Shown here piece by piece: positions 50,672 to 60,890 of a DNA stretch of 64,000 bases. The translations under genes and the position numbers were made by a program. The notes under the pieces were generated by a model that was given only the letters and a program-made list of their open reading frames with translations, made no database searches and was not told the origin of the DNA. This DNA is from an uncultured Candidatus Saccharibacteria bacterium (GTDB lineage Bacteria > Patescibacteriota > Minisyncoccia > Phycocordibacterales > DATDWN01). The stretch spans positions 95,309 to 159,308 of the forward strand of contig CAZNUU010000001.1 in NCBI GenBank assembly GCA_964576615.1, written 5' to 3'. Positions within the stretch are counted from its first letter, which is position 1, and every line of letters starts with the position of its first letter.

Positions 50672-53428
50672 TCAAGGTCTGGGTGTGAGTTTGTCATTAA
50701 TTTCTGCTCTTGTTATAGGACCTAGATTGCCATAACCATTGGTTGAAGGTGAACCTGAGCAAATTGAAAGTTTGTCACATTGGAACTTTTGGAGAGCGAC
50801 TCTAGTTAAATTGCCGAAATAAGTTGTTTCATTGCCAGCAGAGCCTGGGCCAGATTGTGAGATAGGGTAATTTAGATAGTTTAAGGCTTGTTGGAGATAT
50901 TCAACTTGAATGTCATCTGATCCTGGAGAAAGATTCGTGGTTAGCTGGGATACCAAGTTGTTATTTGTTGACACAATGACTTGTGGATCAGACTCCACAA
51001 TGGATTGACCTAAAACGGCAGCCGCAGTTGTGCTGGAGGGCTTAACTATGATTGTTAGTATATCTTCGCCGGGCGATGTCGCGTTAAGATTATTCATTAC
51101 CACTGCTTGTGTATAAGTGCCAGGTGTAGTTGGAACACCGGAAATAATACTCTGCCCATCAAAAGATAGACCAGGCACATTAAATGAACCAGATTGTAAA
51201 TTGGGGGCAAAAATAGAAAATCTAACCTCGCCAGGTCTTGCTAGTCTCTTTTGAATGGAGGCTTTTAAGGAATACTGGAATTGCTGGCCAATTATGCCAG
51301 TTGCAGTTCCGGGGCTAGATAACCTTGGCACACTTGGGTCATTGGAATTAACCCGAAGGAATACATGGGGGCCAAAACTAGGGCCACTTTTATTGAATGC
51401 AAATGGCTGGAAAGACCAGTCTCCGCCTAGTCCAGATGCAACCCTTTCAGGGGTGGCAACAATAGTACCAGAGACGATACCTGTTATTTTGTTTACAGAT
51501 AAACCACTAAAAGCACCATTCTCAATATTATCCACCAGAACATCATATGATGTGGGATCTTTCGTCCCGATTATTTGATAACTAAAAGGCAAACCTATAG
51601 TACCCACAGCAATTAACGGACTTGTTATGACAGGTACAAATGGAGAGGAAGTACCAATTATCAAATCAAAACTGCTTAAACCTACCACATTACCTAATGA
51701 ATCCTTGACATTTACAATAATTGGAAAAATTCCAGCAACGGTTGGAGTGCCAGAAATTCTGGCTGAGCGGCCACAGGGCGCGGCAAAACATTGGATATTA
51801 GTGAGTATAAGCCCAAAAGGTAAACCCCTGGAAACACCCCAAGTGTAAGACTCGGTAAAACTACCACCTGAAATTGACATGTTTATATCATAGAACTGCC
51901 CGACCTTACCATTTGGTAGAGTTGAGTTATCAATTGAGACAGACGAATTAGATATGGTAATATTTTCAACCGCCACAGCATTTGTATTACCAACAGCGTC
52001 ATGAGCGGTTGCGGTGATCCTGTGAACTCCATTTGAGAATTGTCTTGAATCAAAAGTTATTGAGTATGGGGGAGATGTAAGGGTCGGACCTATTTGGACA
52101 CCCTTTGAACCATCCAAACGAAACACTACATCCTTTACACCTACATTATCTGTAACATTGGCCGTAACTGCGACACTCGATCCGATAATGGTTGTGCTGG
52201 CAATAGGTGCTGTTATTAAAATTTGAGGTGGGATGGTATCAGTGAGGGGCTGCATTAATACTATCTCTGACAGAAATGTCCACCACCAGTTGTAGACTCT
52301 TAATACAGGCTGTGTACAATTGGCTGGCAAAGGAGAGAGAACAATTTGATAAAGACCATCCTGAGTAGCGGCAGGTACATTCCAAATCATAGTCTGGTTA
52401 TTACATGTAACTGACGCTTTAGTCATCATTTTTATTCCAGAGCCATTTGAAACCAAGGTGTGTAAAACTAAACTAGTTACCGGCTGTAAACTTGCTGGAG
52501 TAATGGTTGCATCAAAAATGCCAGGGGCTTGGCCGACAATACCAACCCAATTTGGATCTCTAAAATCCATACTGGCAAATTTTCCATCATTTAGTTCCCC
52601 ACCAGAATCTGGATAACTGGGATGAATACCGGGAGAACCTATTGAATACGAAAATGGTGCACGAGGTACAGCTTCATAGCCATGCACATATTCTATATTC
52701 ATAAAATCTGGCAACACAGCATTAGCAATACTTCCAGCAAATGTACCCACTTCATCGGTTAAGAGCAAATAACCAGGAGTTTGGGCAATACCAGGACCGT
52801 TGTAAGAAAAGGTATTGGAGCCATCGACATAATAATCATACTGAGTTGGCTGCCAATTTATGCCAATCTCATGGTAGTTTCCGTCGTTGACTACAACATT
52901 ACTTGTCTTATTTGCTACTTGTTTAGTAACAAACCGATCAAAGATGGTACCTTGGCCAATTGTATTGTTTGCAAAATTCTCAACCATATCAACTTCAGCC
53001 GTATCTGCTAACATCCAAAATCCACCCCAATGACCGATTGGGGTATTAAATTTTATCTTTGAACTAAAATATCCAAACTTTGCATTAAATTTTCCATTTG
53101 TATCTATAGCTCCACTTCTATAGGCCGGGATTGAACTATCTAGGTCTGTTTTCAGGCTAAGCTGCCCGGAATTATTTAACGAGGCATTATCTTGCCACCA
53201 CCATCCTGGGGGAGTAGTCTCGTTTCTTCTTAAATAATTTCCCAGTTTATTCCATTTTGATTCATCTAAGACACTTCCATCAAAATCATCATTAAAATTT
53301 AATTGCCAGACTTTATTTATGGGCGAATCAGGTAATTTTTCTTGAGGAATAACCTGGGCTAGATTTACTGCAAATATTACGCCTGGAAATAAAACGAGGA
53401 CAATTGCAATTAGAAATTTTGTTTTCAT
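50672..53428 (-). CDS. Secreted GH16 glycoside hydrolase with Ig-like and peptidoglycan-binding domains
   Basis: FNDDFDG, SGAIDT, EVDMVE (ExDxxE), YHEIGINW; Ig-like repeats; C-terminal LQQALN...YFGNLTRVALQKFQ. Confidence 0.8.
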   Translation of the reverse strand: MKTKFLIAIVLVLFPGVIFAVNLAQVIPQEKLPDSPINKVWQLNFNDDFDGSVLDESKWNKLGNYLRRNETTPPGWWWQDNASLNNSGQLSLKTDLDSSIPAYRSGAIDTNGKFNAKFGYFSSKIKFNTPIGHWGGFWMLADTAEVDMVENFANNTIGQGTIFDRFVTKQVANKTSNVVVNDGNYHEIGINWQPTQYDYYVDGSNTFSYNGPGIAQTPGYLLLTDEVGTFAGSIANAVLPDFMNIEYVHGYEAVPRAPFSYSIGSPGIHPSYPDSGGELNDGKFASMDFRDPNWVGIVGQAPGIFDATITPASLQPVTSLVLHTLVSNGSGIKMMTKASVTCNNQTMIWNVPAATQDGLYQIVLSPLPANCTQPVLRVYNWWWTFLSEIVLMQPLTDTIPPQILITAPIASTTIIGSSVAVTANVTDNVGVKDVVFRLDGSKGVQIGPTLTSPPYSITFDSRQFSNGVHRITATAHDAVGNTNAVAVENITISNSSVSIDNSTLPNGKVGQFYDINMSISGGSFTESYTWGVSRGLPFGLILTNIQCFAAPCGRSARISGTPTVAGIFPIIVNVKDSLGNVVGLSSFDLIIGTSSPFVPVITSPLIAVGTIGLPFSYQIIGTKDPTSYDVLVDNIENGAFSGLSVNKITGIVSGTIVATPERVASGLGGDWSFQPFAFNKSGPSFGPHVFLRVNSNDPSVPRLSSPGTATGIIGQQFQYSLKASIQKRLARPGEVRFSIFAPNLQSGSFNVPGLSFDGQSIISGVPTTPGTYTQAVVMNNLNATSPGEDILTIIVKPSSTTAAAVLGQSIVESDPQVIVSTNNNLVSQLTTNLSPGSDDIQVEYLQQALNYLNYPISQSGPGSAGNETTYFGNLTRVALQKFQCDKLSICSGSPSTNGYGNLGPITRAEINDKLTPRP

Positions 53429-53447
53429 ACTTTGGGTTTATTATTTT

Positions 53448-53840
53448 CTATTTTTTCTCCTCTAAATCTAGGCAAACTGAATTCAAACAATACCTCTTCT
53501 TGGTTTTAGTTGGACCATCATCAAAAACATGCCCAAGGTGTGAACCACAATTACTGCAGATAATTTCGGTCCTATGCATACCCATTGATTGATCTTCCTT
53601 GAGTTCCACTGCTCCAGGCAAAGCCTTGTCGAAGGACGGCCAGCCTGTACCGGAATCAAATTTAGCATCCGAGGAAAAAAGCTGTTGTCCGCAAACCTTA
53701 CATTTATACATCCCTTCCCGTTTATCGTGCAGCAAGTCCCCCGAGAATGGAGCTTCAGTTCCCTGTTCGCGTAAAACATGATACTCCTCTGGGCTTAACT
53801 TCTTTTTTAACTCTTCCTCGCTTACTTTCATTTTGCTCAT
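53448..53840 (-). CDS. msrB: Peptide-methionine (R)-S-oxide reductase
   Basis: GTEAPF, SGTGWPSF, HLGHVFDDGP, RYCLNS. Confidence 0.97.
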   Translation of the reverse strand: MSKMKVSEEELKKKLSPEEYHVLREQGTEAPFSGDLLHDKREGMYKCKVCGQQLFSSDAKFDSGTGWPSFDKALPGAVELKEDQSMGMHRTEIICSNCGSHLGHVFDDGPTKTKKRYCLNSVCLDLEEKK

Positions 53841-53851
53841 ATTATTTTTTT

Positions 53852-54153
53852 ATCCGCACACTAATTCTCGTTTTGCGCTAGTGTACTTCTTAACCTACTT
53901 TTTAATTGGTTCCTGGCTTGTCCTCTTAATTTTAACATCTTTTCCCTCCTACGCGCATCATGCTCTGCCTTATATGCTTCGTAATAAATCAAATTATATG
54001 GTCCTTTGAGTCTGGTAGACTCGACCTTACCCTTATTATGTTCTATCATCCTTCTCTTTAAATTATTGGTAGAACCAATATAGAATTCACTCGACTTAGG
54101 ATTATTTAGAACATAGACATAGAACATAATAAAACGAGATTTAGTGTGCGGAT
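53852..54153 (-). mobile_element. 302-bp element: GIY-YIG gene between 23-bp terminal inverted repeats
   Basis: ATCCGCACACTAATTCTCGTTTT (53852-53874) and AAAACGAGATTTAGTGTGCGGAT (54131-54153), one mismatch. Confidence 0.75.
53861..54127 (-). CDS. Small GIY-YIG nuclease family protein
   Basis: FYVYVL, FYIGST, RRMIEHN, YYEAY, ARRREKMLK. Confidence 0.92.
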   Translation of the reverse strand: MFYVYVLNNPKSSEFYIGSTNNLKRRMIEHNKGKVESTRLKGPYNLIYYEAYKAEHDARRREKMLKLRGQARNQLKSRLRSTLAQNEN

Positions 54154-54689
54154 GAATTATCTTTTAATAAATCCGCGTATTCCTTCTGCACCTTCTCCAA
54201 TTTCGGGCTTATCACCAACTGACAATAGGCTGCATCAGGATTTTTAGCATAATAATCTTGATGATAATTTTCAGCCACATAAAAAACATCTAATGGCAGG
54301 ACCTCCGTAACGACTGGTTTACCTTCCTTAGTAGAACTATTGAGTTCTTTTATAAAATCTTCTGAAATCTTTTTTTGCTCGGGAGTGGTATAGAAAATTG
54401 CTGACTTGTATTGAGTTCCGACATCATTACCTTGCCGATTTAAAGTTGTCGGATCATGGGAAGCAAAAAAAATAGTAAGGAGTGTTTTATATTGAACCTT
54501 AGTTGGATCAAATTCAACTTTTACTGATTCTGTATGACCAGTTGTACCAGTGCTAACTTGTTCGTAAGTAGGATTTTTGGTTGTACCCCCCGTATACCCC
54601 GGCAAAACACTAGAAACACCCTTTAGCATCTTAAAAACAGCCTCGGTACACCAAAAACAACCACCCCCAAAAACTGCTGTCTCTTTCAT
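54141..54689 (-). CDS. msrA: Peptide-methionine (S)-S-oxide reductase
   Basis: GGGCFWC, TGHTE, HDPT..NRQGNDVGTQY, AENYHQ. Confidence 0.97.
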   Translation of the reverse strand: MKETAVFGGGCFWCTEAVFKMLKGVSSVLPGYTGGTTKNPTYEQVSTGTTGHTESVKVEFDPTKVQYKTLLTIFFASHDPTTLNRQGNDVGTQYKSAIFYTTPEQKKISEDFIKELNSSTKEGKPVVTEVLPLDVFYVAENYHQDYYAKNPDAAYCQLVISPKLEKVQKEYADLLKDNSSAH

Positions 54690-54713
54690 GAAATTATTAT
54701 AACACTAAAACGA

Positions 54714-54869
54714 ACCATGTCGTGAAGAAAGCCTTGGGAGCGCACTTTCGCGAACACGAGGTGAGAAGCGAAGCTTCGCAAGACCTTGAGCACGTAGTAG
54801 CGAAAGGTGTACAGCTTCTGTAAGAAGACTTTCAGCAGAAATTTATCCGTGCTTTCTTCACGACATGGT
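54714..54869 (+). repeat. Palindromic repeat family A with 66-nt module (54762-54827)
   Basis: Perfect 19-bp terminal IR ACCATGTCGTGAAGAAAGC. Confidence 0.85.
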
Positions 54870-54879
54870 GAGTACACTC

Positions 54880-55845
54880 TTATGCAATCAAAAGCGGTGC
54901 AAACAGAATTGACTGATATATATACAAAAGACCCAAGATAATGACTAGTAGCCCTATGCCAAGGAAAATCATTCTAGGATGTTGTAGCTTGATCTCAATA
55001 AATATCATTAAGATAAGACCTAAGACAATTATGAATGAGAGAATGAAGTAAATAAAGCTTAGTGACTCATCTGGATTAGTTAAAATCTTTTGCCAGGCAC
55101 TTGAATATTTTGAAGTTGGAGTGTTGGTCGAGTTAGCTGATTTTTTACCGACAGCGATGAACAATTCATTGGTGGATGTCGATTCAGCCAAAACAACTTG
55201 AGTGGTTGTAGCCGGTTTTGAAACTGTAGTTTTCGGAGGCTTTACCGTGGTAGTCGGTTTAACTACTGGTAGCACAACCTCTTGTTCTGCAGGTGTACCG
55301 AACAATTCCACAACAAAAACAGTGTGTCTCCCTTGATAGACTCCTTCCGCAGTAGCAATACCAATTTCGGTGAAATTTTCATTCATTATGTTTGCTCTGT
55401 GCCCTGGAGAATTCATCCAGGCCTGATTTACTTGAGAGGAGTCATCAAAGTTAACTGCCAGGTTTTCACCGGCATAACTGAAATCATAACCAACCTGTCT
55501 AAACCAATACCAAGGGTTTCGCCCCTCTGGAGAAGTGTGCGCAAAATAACTTTTTTCAGCCATGTCATTGGCTTTAAGCTGAGCTGCTCTCTCCAAGGTA
55601 GAATTTATTGCGAGCTGTCTGTAATTACTTGTGGCTCTGTCTTCGTTTGCATAATCGACAAGAACCTTAGGCAAAACTAGGGCAGTTAAGTTTGTTCTGA
55701 CTAGAATTACCCTATTAGACAGAACCGCAACAAAAGCGACAATAACCAGTGAAAGAAGTCCTAAGACTCCTGCTTCTCGGAATAGGTGGGGTTTAAAGTC
55801 GTTTTCCTTGTGAGGGATGAAGTATTTCTTAAACCACTTTTTCAT
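54880..55845 (-). CDS. CAP (SCP) domain membrane protein
   Basis: YFAHTSP, AGENLA, WMNSPGHRANI, EIGI; flanking TMs. Confidence 0.92.
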   Translation of the reverse strand: MKKWFKKYFIPHKENDFKPHLFREAGVLGLLSLVIVAFVAVLSNRVILVRTNLTALVLPKVLVDYANEDRATSNYRQLAINSTLERAAQLKANDMAEKSYFAHTSPEGRNPWYWFRQVGYDFSYAGENLAVNFDDSSQVNQAWMNSPGHRANIMNENFTEIGIATAEGVYQGRHTVFVVELFGTPAEQEVVLPVVKPTTTVKPPKTTVSKPATTTQVVLAESTSTNELFIAVGKKSANSTNTPTSKYSSAWQKILTNPDESLSFIYFILSFIIVLGLILMIFIEIKLQHPRMIFLGIGLLVIILGLLYIYQSILFAPLLIA

Positions 55846-55924
55846 TGTGTAATATTATATAACAAAAACGGGAATATTACAAGCATAACTAAAAACCCTG
55901 GAAACTCCAGGGTTTTTAGTTTAT

Positions 55925-58900
55925 TTACTGTGCGTTAGGGTTCTTTGACCAAGGTACAAGTGGTGGAAGTTTTAAGGCTAGATCTGGACACTCTAGATTG
56001 TTGATTTGTCGTAGTGTCGAAAGATAAATAATTCCAGTTGGCTTACTCTCACCCCAAGGCCTTAGAATTTCATCTGAATATTTTGCTTGGAATGCGAGAG
56101 CCACGTTATAAGTTTGTGACCCGTAAAAACCAGTTATTGGTAAGGCTGATTTCATCCATTTATTTAGGAAAGTCTGAAGTTTCTTAACTTGAGTAATGTT
56201 GTTTTTACTTGAACCAAGTCTTACGTGCTTATCCATATAAAGTCCACACGATTCTCCCAAGACCTGACCTAAAACCTGACCTCCACCATTGTTTGGTACA
56301 AAAGTAGAGATTGGACCATTGCCACCGCCTCCTCCGCCATATCCACCTTGTGAGTAAACTGGAGGCGCTGGAGGATTGTCGTTATTTGTAATTGTACATG
56401 TCTTGTTATCACCTGCAGCTAAAGTTACGCTCCCATTTGAGTCACAGTCACCGCTAAACGAGCCGGTGTAGCTAGGATCTGAAACCTCTGCCACAGCATG
56501 GACTCCTACTGTCGAAGTTGTTGCAACGCTAGATGAGGCTAGGACGCCATCGATATAGAGTGGGAAGTCCGAAACAACCTTAGTTCCACCATTATCATTT
56601 ACCACAACTTTTGTGACTGTAAGTTTTGGTAAGAAAGCGGAACAATCTGGATCGTTAAGATCAACTAACCCGTCACCGTCATTATCTTGACCATCTGTAC
56701 AAAGCTGCAATGTAGTTTCATTACCTTCGCTTTGAGCATTTGGGGTATAAGAGTCAGGATTATTTGCATCTTTATCGCTGTGACAACCTGGGTCATGGGA
56801 GTCGATTAGCTGGTCTTGATCGTTGTCTAAATTATCAGAGCAAGCTGGAATGTCATTGTTTGTAATTACACAAGTTGCAGAGTCCCCTAGACCAAGCGAG
56901 ATCTCGGAGCAACTACCATAAGTAGTGCTGTAACCAGGAGCTGAAACTTCACTTACGGAGTAACCTCCTGGACCAACGATTAGAACGTCCTCGCCATCTG
57001 CTTCAAAAACATAAGGATTTTCAGTATCACCATTTACTATAAATGAGAACGAAGTAGTTGCTTGAGATTTACCACTATCATTTATAAGTACTTTTTGGAC
57101 AATGAGCTTGGTTTGTTTGTCATTATTTGTAATCGTACAATTTTTTGTTTCCCCAGCAGCAATTGTTCCTGAGCAATCATCTGAGAGCACTGATGTATAT
57201 CCAGAATTGGCTACTTCCGTAATTGAATACTCGCCCGGGTTAACTGTAACTTGATTTGAGCCATCTGATTCAAATGAGATAGCATCTCCACCGTTTACCT
57301 TGAATGAGAAGTCAGATGTTGTAGCTGTACCATAATCGTCATTGATCACAATTTTATTAATAACCAACTTTGGTATGAATTGCGAACAATCTGGATCGTT
57401 AAGATCAACTAACCCGTCACCGTCATTATCTTGACCATCTGTACAAAGCTGCAATGTAGTTTCATTTCCTTCAGATGCACCGTTTGGTGTGTAGGAGTCA
57501 GGATTACTTGCATCCTTATCACTGTGACAACCTGGATCCTGAGCATCGATCAACTGGTCACCGTCATCATCTGCACCATTGGAACAGACTGGAAGTGGGT
57601 TATCGTTGTTTGTAATTGTACAAGAAACATTCTCGCCTAGACCAATGGTTAACATGTTGCCAACAAGTATTCCGCCACCATTACATGACCAAGCAGAAGC
57701 TGTGTAACCAGATGGACCTGATTCGGAAAGAGTATAGATCCCGGCGGAGAAACCTGGAGTGTTTGAAACTGATGGTCCAGGACCAGAAAATCCTGTTGGG
57801 CCGGCAGCTGTTAGTGTCCAAGCGGAAGCAGGAGTAGTACCGTTGTTGTCGTTATCATCGATTACAATCTTGTTTAAAGTAAGGGAAGGCTCATTGTCAT
57901 TGTTGGTAATCGTACAATTCTTTACATCACCCAAGTTAAGTGTAACTGAACCGTTAGCTGCACAATCACCTGAGATTGCGCCGGTATAACCAGCACTACC
58001 TTGTTCGCTTACAGTAGTGGTAGTCGCATTAAACATATTCTGAACTCCAGATAGAACTGACTGTAAACCAACGAGCAAAGTAAAGGTAGAAGTTGTAGCA
58101 GTACCTCCGTTGTTATTTACAACAACTTTTGTGACAGTAAGCTTTGCAGCTACGTCATCATTTGTAATAGTACAAATTTTTGCACCACCATTTACAACTG
58201 TTACATTTCCATTTGAGTCACAATCACCCGAGTAAGTTCCGGCATAGCCTGAGACAGAATCTTCACTAACATTGTAAGAACCGCCAGCAAGAGTATAAGT
58301 TTTACCAGTAGTTGATCCAACAGCTGGAGAACCTGTGACATCAACATTGTTTTGTTTTACATGAAGATTGAAATCTGAAGCAACTTTTGTTCCACCATTG
58401 TTGTTTGTCACAAGTTTAACAACCTTAAGTGTGCCATTCGTTGGGGCCACATCATCATTAGTTATAGTACAGGTTACTGAGCCATTTAATGGCACTGCTA
58501 TATTTGTACAATTACTATAAGAAGTGTTGTAGCCAGCTGCTGCAACTTCTGTAATGGTGTAATTACCAACTGCTACAACTAGGTGATTTTCACCGTGAGT
58601 GGAATCAACCTGAATAAATGGTGTGGATGTACCATTATTTACTTTAAATGAGAATTTGTTTGGTGTACTTGTGCCACTGTTATCATTCACCACTACCTTC
58701 TTAACAATAAGATTGCCTTGTGGTGGTACAACAACAATAGTTGTGTCAGTCGAATCTCCAGAACCTTCAGAACCAGTACACGTTTGGTGACAAATATTTA
58801 CAATTATTTTGAAACTAGATGTTGTAGCATTGGTATAAGAGTGTGTTAACGGTCCCCAATTCCAATTAAATCCTCCGCCAGAAAATGTTCCGGCTGGCAC

Positions 58901-59158
58901 AGTAACATCCGTATTAGCAGAACCATCGCCCCAGTTAACAACTAGATGCTGCGCACTTTGCTGACCCACATAGTTCGTAGAACTTGCGTTCCCACTAATT
59001 GAGAGAGGGTTAGCAGAAACTACTGGTTGATTTATCTTTACGTGATAATCCGGAGAAGCTGCGGTAGCTACAGCTGGAATTAAAGTAGCTACAGCTGGAA
59101 CTAACGAATATGGCAATACCATCGCCAATGTCACAAGTGATGTAATTATTTTTTTCAT
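55925..59158 (-). CDS. Large secreted surface protein with Ig/prealbumin-like repeats, DxDxD calcium-binding repeats and C-terminal PG-binding-like domain
   Basis: Repeats KVVVNDN...CTITNND; two CTDGQDNDGDGLVDLNDPDC units; LQTFLN...TGFYG. Confidence 0.85.
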   Translation of the reverse strand: MKKIITSLVTLAMVLPYSLVPAVATLIPAVATAASPDYHVKINQPVVSANPLSISGNASSTNYVGQQSAQHLVVNWGDGSANTDVTVPAGTFSGGGFNWNWGPLTHSYTNATTSSFKIIVNICHQTCTGSEGSGDSTDTTIVVVPPQGNLIVKKVVVNDNSGTSTPNKFSFKVNNGTSTPFIQVDSTHGENHLVVAVGNYTITEVAAAGYNTSYSNCTNIAVPLNGSVTCTITNDDVAPTNGTLKVVKLVTNNNGGTKVASDFNLHVKQNNVDVTGSPAVGSTTGKTYTLAGGSYNVSEDSVSGYAGTYSGDCDSNGNVTVVNGGAKICTITNDDVAAKLTVTKVVVNNNGGTATTSTFTLLVGLQSVLSGVQNMFNATTTTVSEQGSAGYTGAISGDCAANGSVTLNLGDVKNCTITNNDNEPSLTLNKIVIDDNDNNGTTPASAWTLTAAGPTGFSGPGPSVSNTPGFSAGIYTLSESGPSGYTASAWSCNGGGILVGNMLTIGLGENVSCTITNNDNPLPVCSNGADDDGDQLIDAQDPGCHSDKDASNPDSYTPNGASEGNETTLQLCTDGQDNDGDGLVDLNDPDCSQFIPKLVINKIVINDDYGTATTSDFSFKVNGGDAISFESDGSNQVTVNPGEYSITEVANSGYTSVLSDDCSGTIAAGETKNCTITNNDKQTKLIVQKVLINDSGKSQATTSFSFIVNGDTENPYVFEADGEDVLIVGPGGYSVSEVSAPGYSTTYGSCSEISLGLGDSATCVITNNDIPACSDNLDNDQDQLIDSHDPGCHSDKDANNPDSYTPNAQSEGNETTLQLCTDGQDNDGDGLVDLNDPDCSAFLPKLTVTKVVVNDNGGTKVVSDFPLYIDGVLASSSVATTSTVGVHAVAEVSDPSYTGSFSGDCDSNGSVTLAAGDNKTCTITNNDNPPAPPVYSQGGYGGGGGGNGPISTFVPNNGGGQVLGQVLGESCGLYMDKHVRLGSSKNNITQVKKLQTFLNKWMKSALPITGFYGSQTYNVALAFQAKYSDEILRPWGESKPTGIIYLSTLRQINNLECPDLALKLPPLVPWSKNPNAQ

Positions 59159-59358
59159 TAAAATATTGTTTGTTATTAAATAAACCCTTAATATTAGCCA
59201 CAAAATACCAATAACTAACCTTGGACCAAAACTACCACAGAAGACAAGATAAGGCAAGCCCCTCGCACTATACACAGAAAACTACTTTTTTGGAAAAAAA
59301 CCATAAAGCTGCGAGGTGTTTTTTTAAAAAAGTGGATAAGACGTGGACAAACTGTAGA

Positions 59359-60870
59359 TTAGACATAACCAGGAAAGAAATCGACTTTAATATTTGAACT
59401 CTTCACCCCCATTTTTTTAAGTGTTGCCTCAAAAGCATCTACCATTACATGCGGACCAGAAATATAAAATTTTCTCTCCATAAAATCTGGAGTTTCTTTT
59501 TTTATACTTTCCTCTGAAATAGTCCCGACTCGAAAGTTTGCTAACATCACTTTTCCAGATGGATCACCAAAAAAATAAACTGCCTTTAGGCCAACTTTTT
59601 TTTCGGCATTGTCAAAAACATCTTTATAAACTATGTCATTTGCTGTCTTATTTGAAAAAAACAATACTGCATCCCGGGTTTGGTTTCGATCTAGAAGATC
59701 TTGAACTATAGATCTAAATGGTGTAATCCCTATTCCCCCTGCAATAAAAGCAAGTTTTTGATCCTTGTCCTGTGGTAAAACAAACTCGCCCGATAGCTGA
59801 GAGGCCATTATTCTATCTCCTGGTGATAGGCCCGCTAATTTATTCTTAAAACTGGAACCGTTGGGATAGAATTTAACACCAAGCCTCAAGTTCTCCTCCA
59901 TCGGGGAGGAAGCAATAGTAAAATATCTTCTATTTCCTCTCATATCGGCTTTATCGTGTCCCAAAGTCCATTCCAAATATTGCCCAGCTTTAAAATTAAT
60001 CTTTTTTCCTTTCCAAACAAACTCGTACACATCGGAAGATAATTTGTTTTTTTGAACAAGTGTTAGAACTAATCGATCTTTTGGACTAACGATATATGCA
60101 AAAATATTCCCAATGATTAGCGCAAATTCTGGCGTGGAATACAATGGCCCAAAGTGAAACTGCACCCCATATAAGATACCGACAATTGCCCCATAAATAA
60201 CTTGAAGCCTTCTAGTTGGTGGAGTAGTGGAAGGCTCGGTGAGCATTATTACCCCAAGGAAAATCAGTGGACCATGAGAGAAGATTTGATCTAATGTATC
60301 AACACCCAATTTCAAAGAAAAGCCGAAATAGAGAGCGGAAAGAAAGCCAAAAATGGCAAAAGAGAAAAACATTGAGAATCTCTTCACTTTTCTTAAAACC
60401 AAAATACCTAGGATGGCTACCGGTATGATAAGAGCATCGCCTCCTACCCACCAGGCAGACATGCCACTACCCAAAAGACCAGCAATAAATATTGCTATAG
60501 CGGTGGGGTTAAATATATGTTTCTTTTTTATAGCTAATATGTACTTTGAAGCCATTGCCCCGACTCCGACTAAAACTGTGACCCATAAATCATTCAGAGT
60601 AGATATGGGAAAAAGAATAAAAAACAAAATAAAAGCCGTGATTAAGTAAGACTCTGAGTTAGCATCTACTTTAAATAATTTGGCTAACAACAAATTGGCG
60701 AGATAGCATGAAACAGATAATGCGAGAGCTGAATATATTAAACTTAAGGGACTGAAGGCGACAAAACCAAAAAAACTCATCCCTACAGAGTAAACAATCA
60801 AAACTAGTAGTCCGTACAAGACAAGCTTGTATATGGTAATTTTATTTAAAAAATCATCAACATATTTCAT
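59359..60870 (-). CDS. RnfD/NqrB-like membrane domain fused to an FAD/NAD(P)-binding reductase
   Basis: KHIFNP, MLTEPSTTP; RYFTIASSP, GGIGITPF, FYISGP. Confidence 0.85.
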   Translation of the reverse strand: MKYVDDFLNKITIYKLVLYGLLVLIVYSVGMSFFGFVAFSPLSLIYSALALSVSCYLANLLLAKLFKVDANSESYLITAFILFFILFPISTLNDLWVTVLVGVGAMASKYILAIKKKHIFNPTAIAIFIAGLLGSGMSAWWVGGDALIIPVAILGILVLRKVKRFSMFFSFAIFGFLSALYFGFSLKLGVDTLDQIFSHGPLIFLGVIMLTEPSTTPPTRRLQVIYGAIVGILYGVQFHFGPLYSTPEFALIIGNIFAYIVSPKDRLVLTLVQKNKLSSDVYEFVWKGKKINFKAGQYLEWTLGHDKADMRGNRRYFTIASSPMEENLRLGVKFYPNGSSFKNKLAGLSPGDRIMASQLSGEFVLPQDKDQKLAFIAGGIGITPFRSIVQDLLDRNQTRDAVLFFSNKTANDIVYKDVFDNAEKKVGLKAVYFFGDPSGKVMLANFRVGTISEESIKKETPDFMERKFYISGPHVMVDAFEATLKKMGVKSSNIKVDFFPGYV

Positions 60871-60890
60871 AAATATATTTTAGCATTTCC

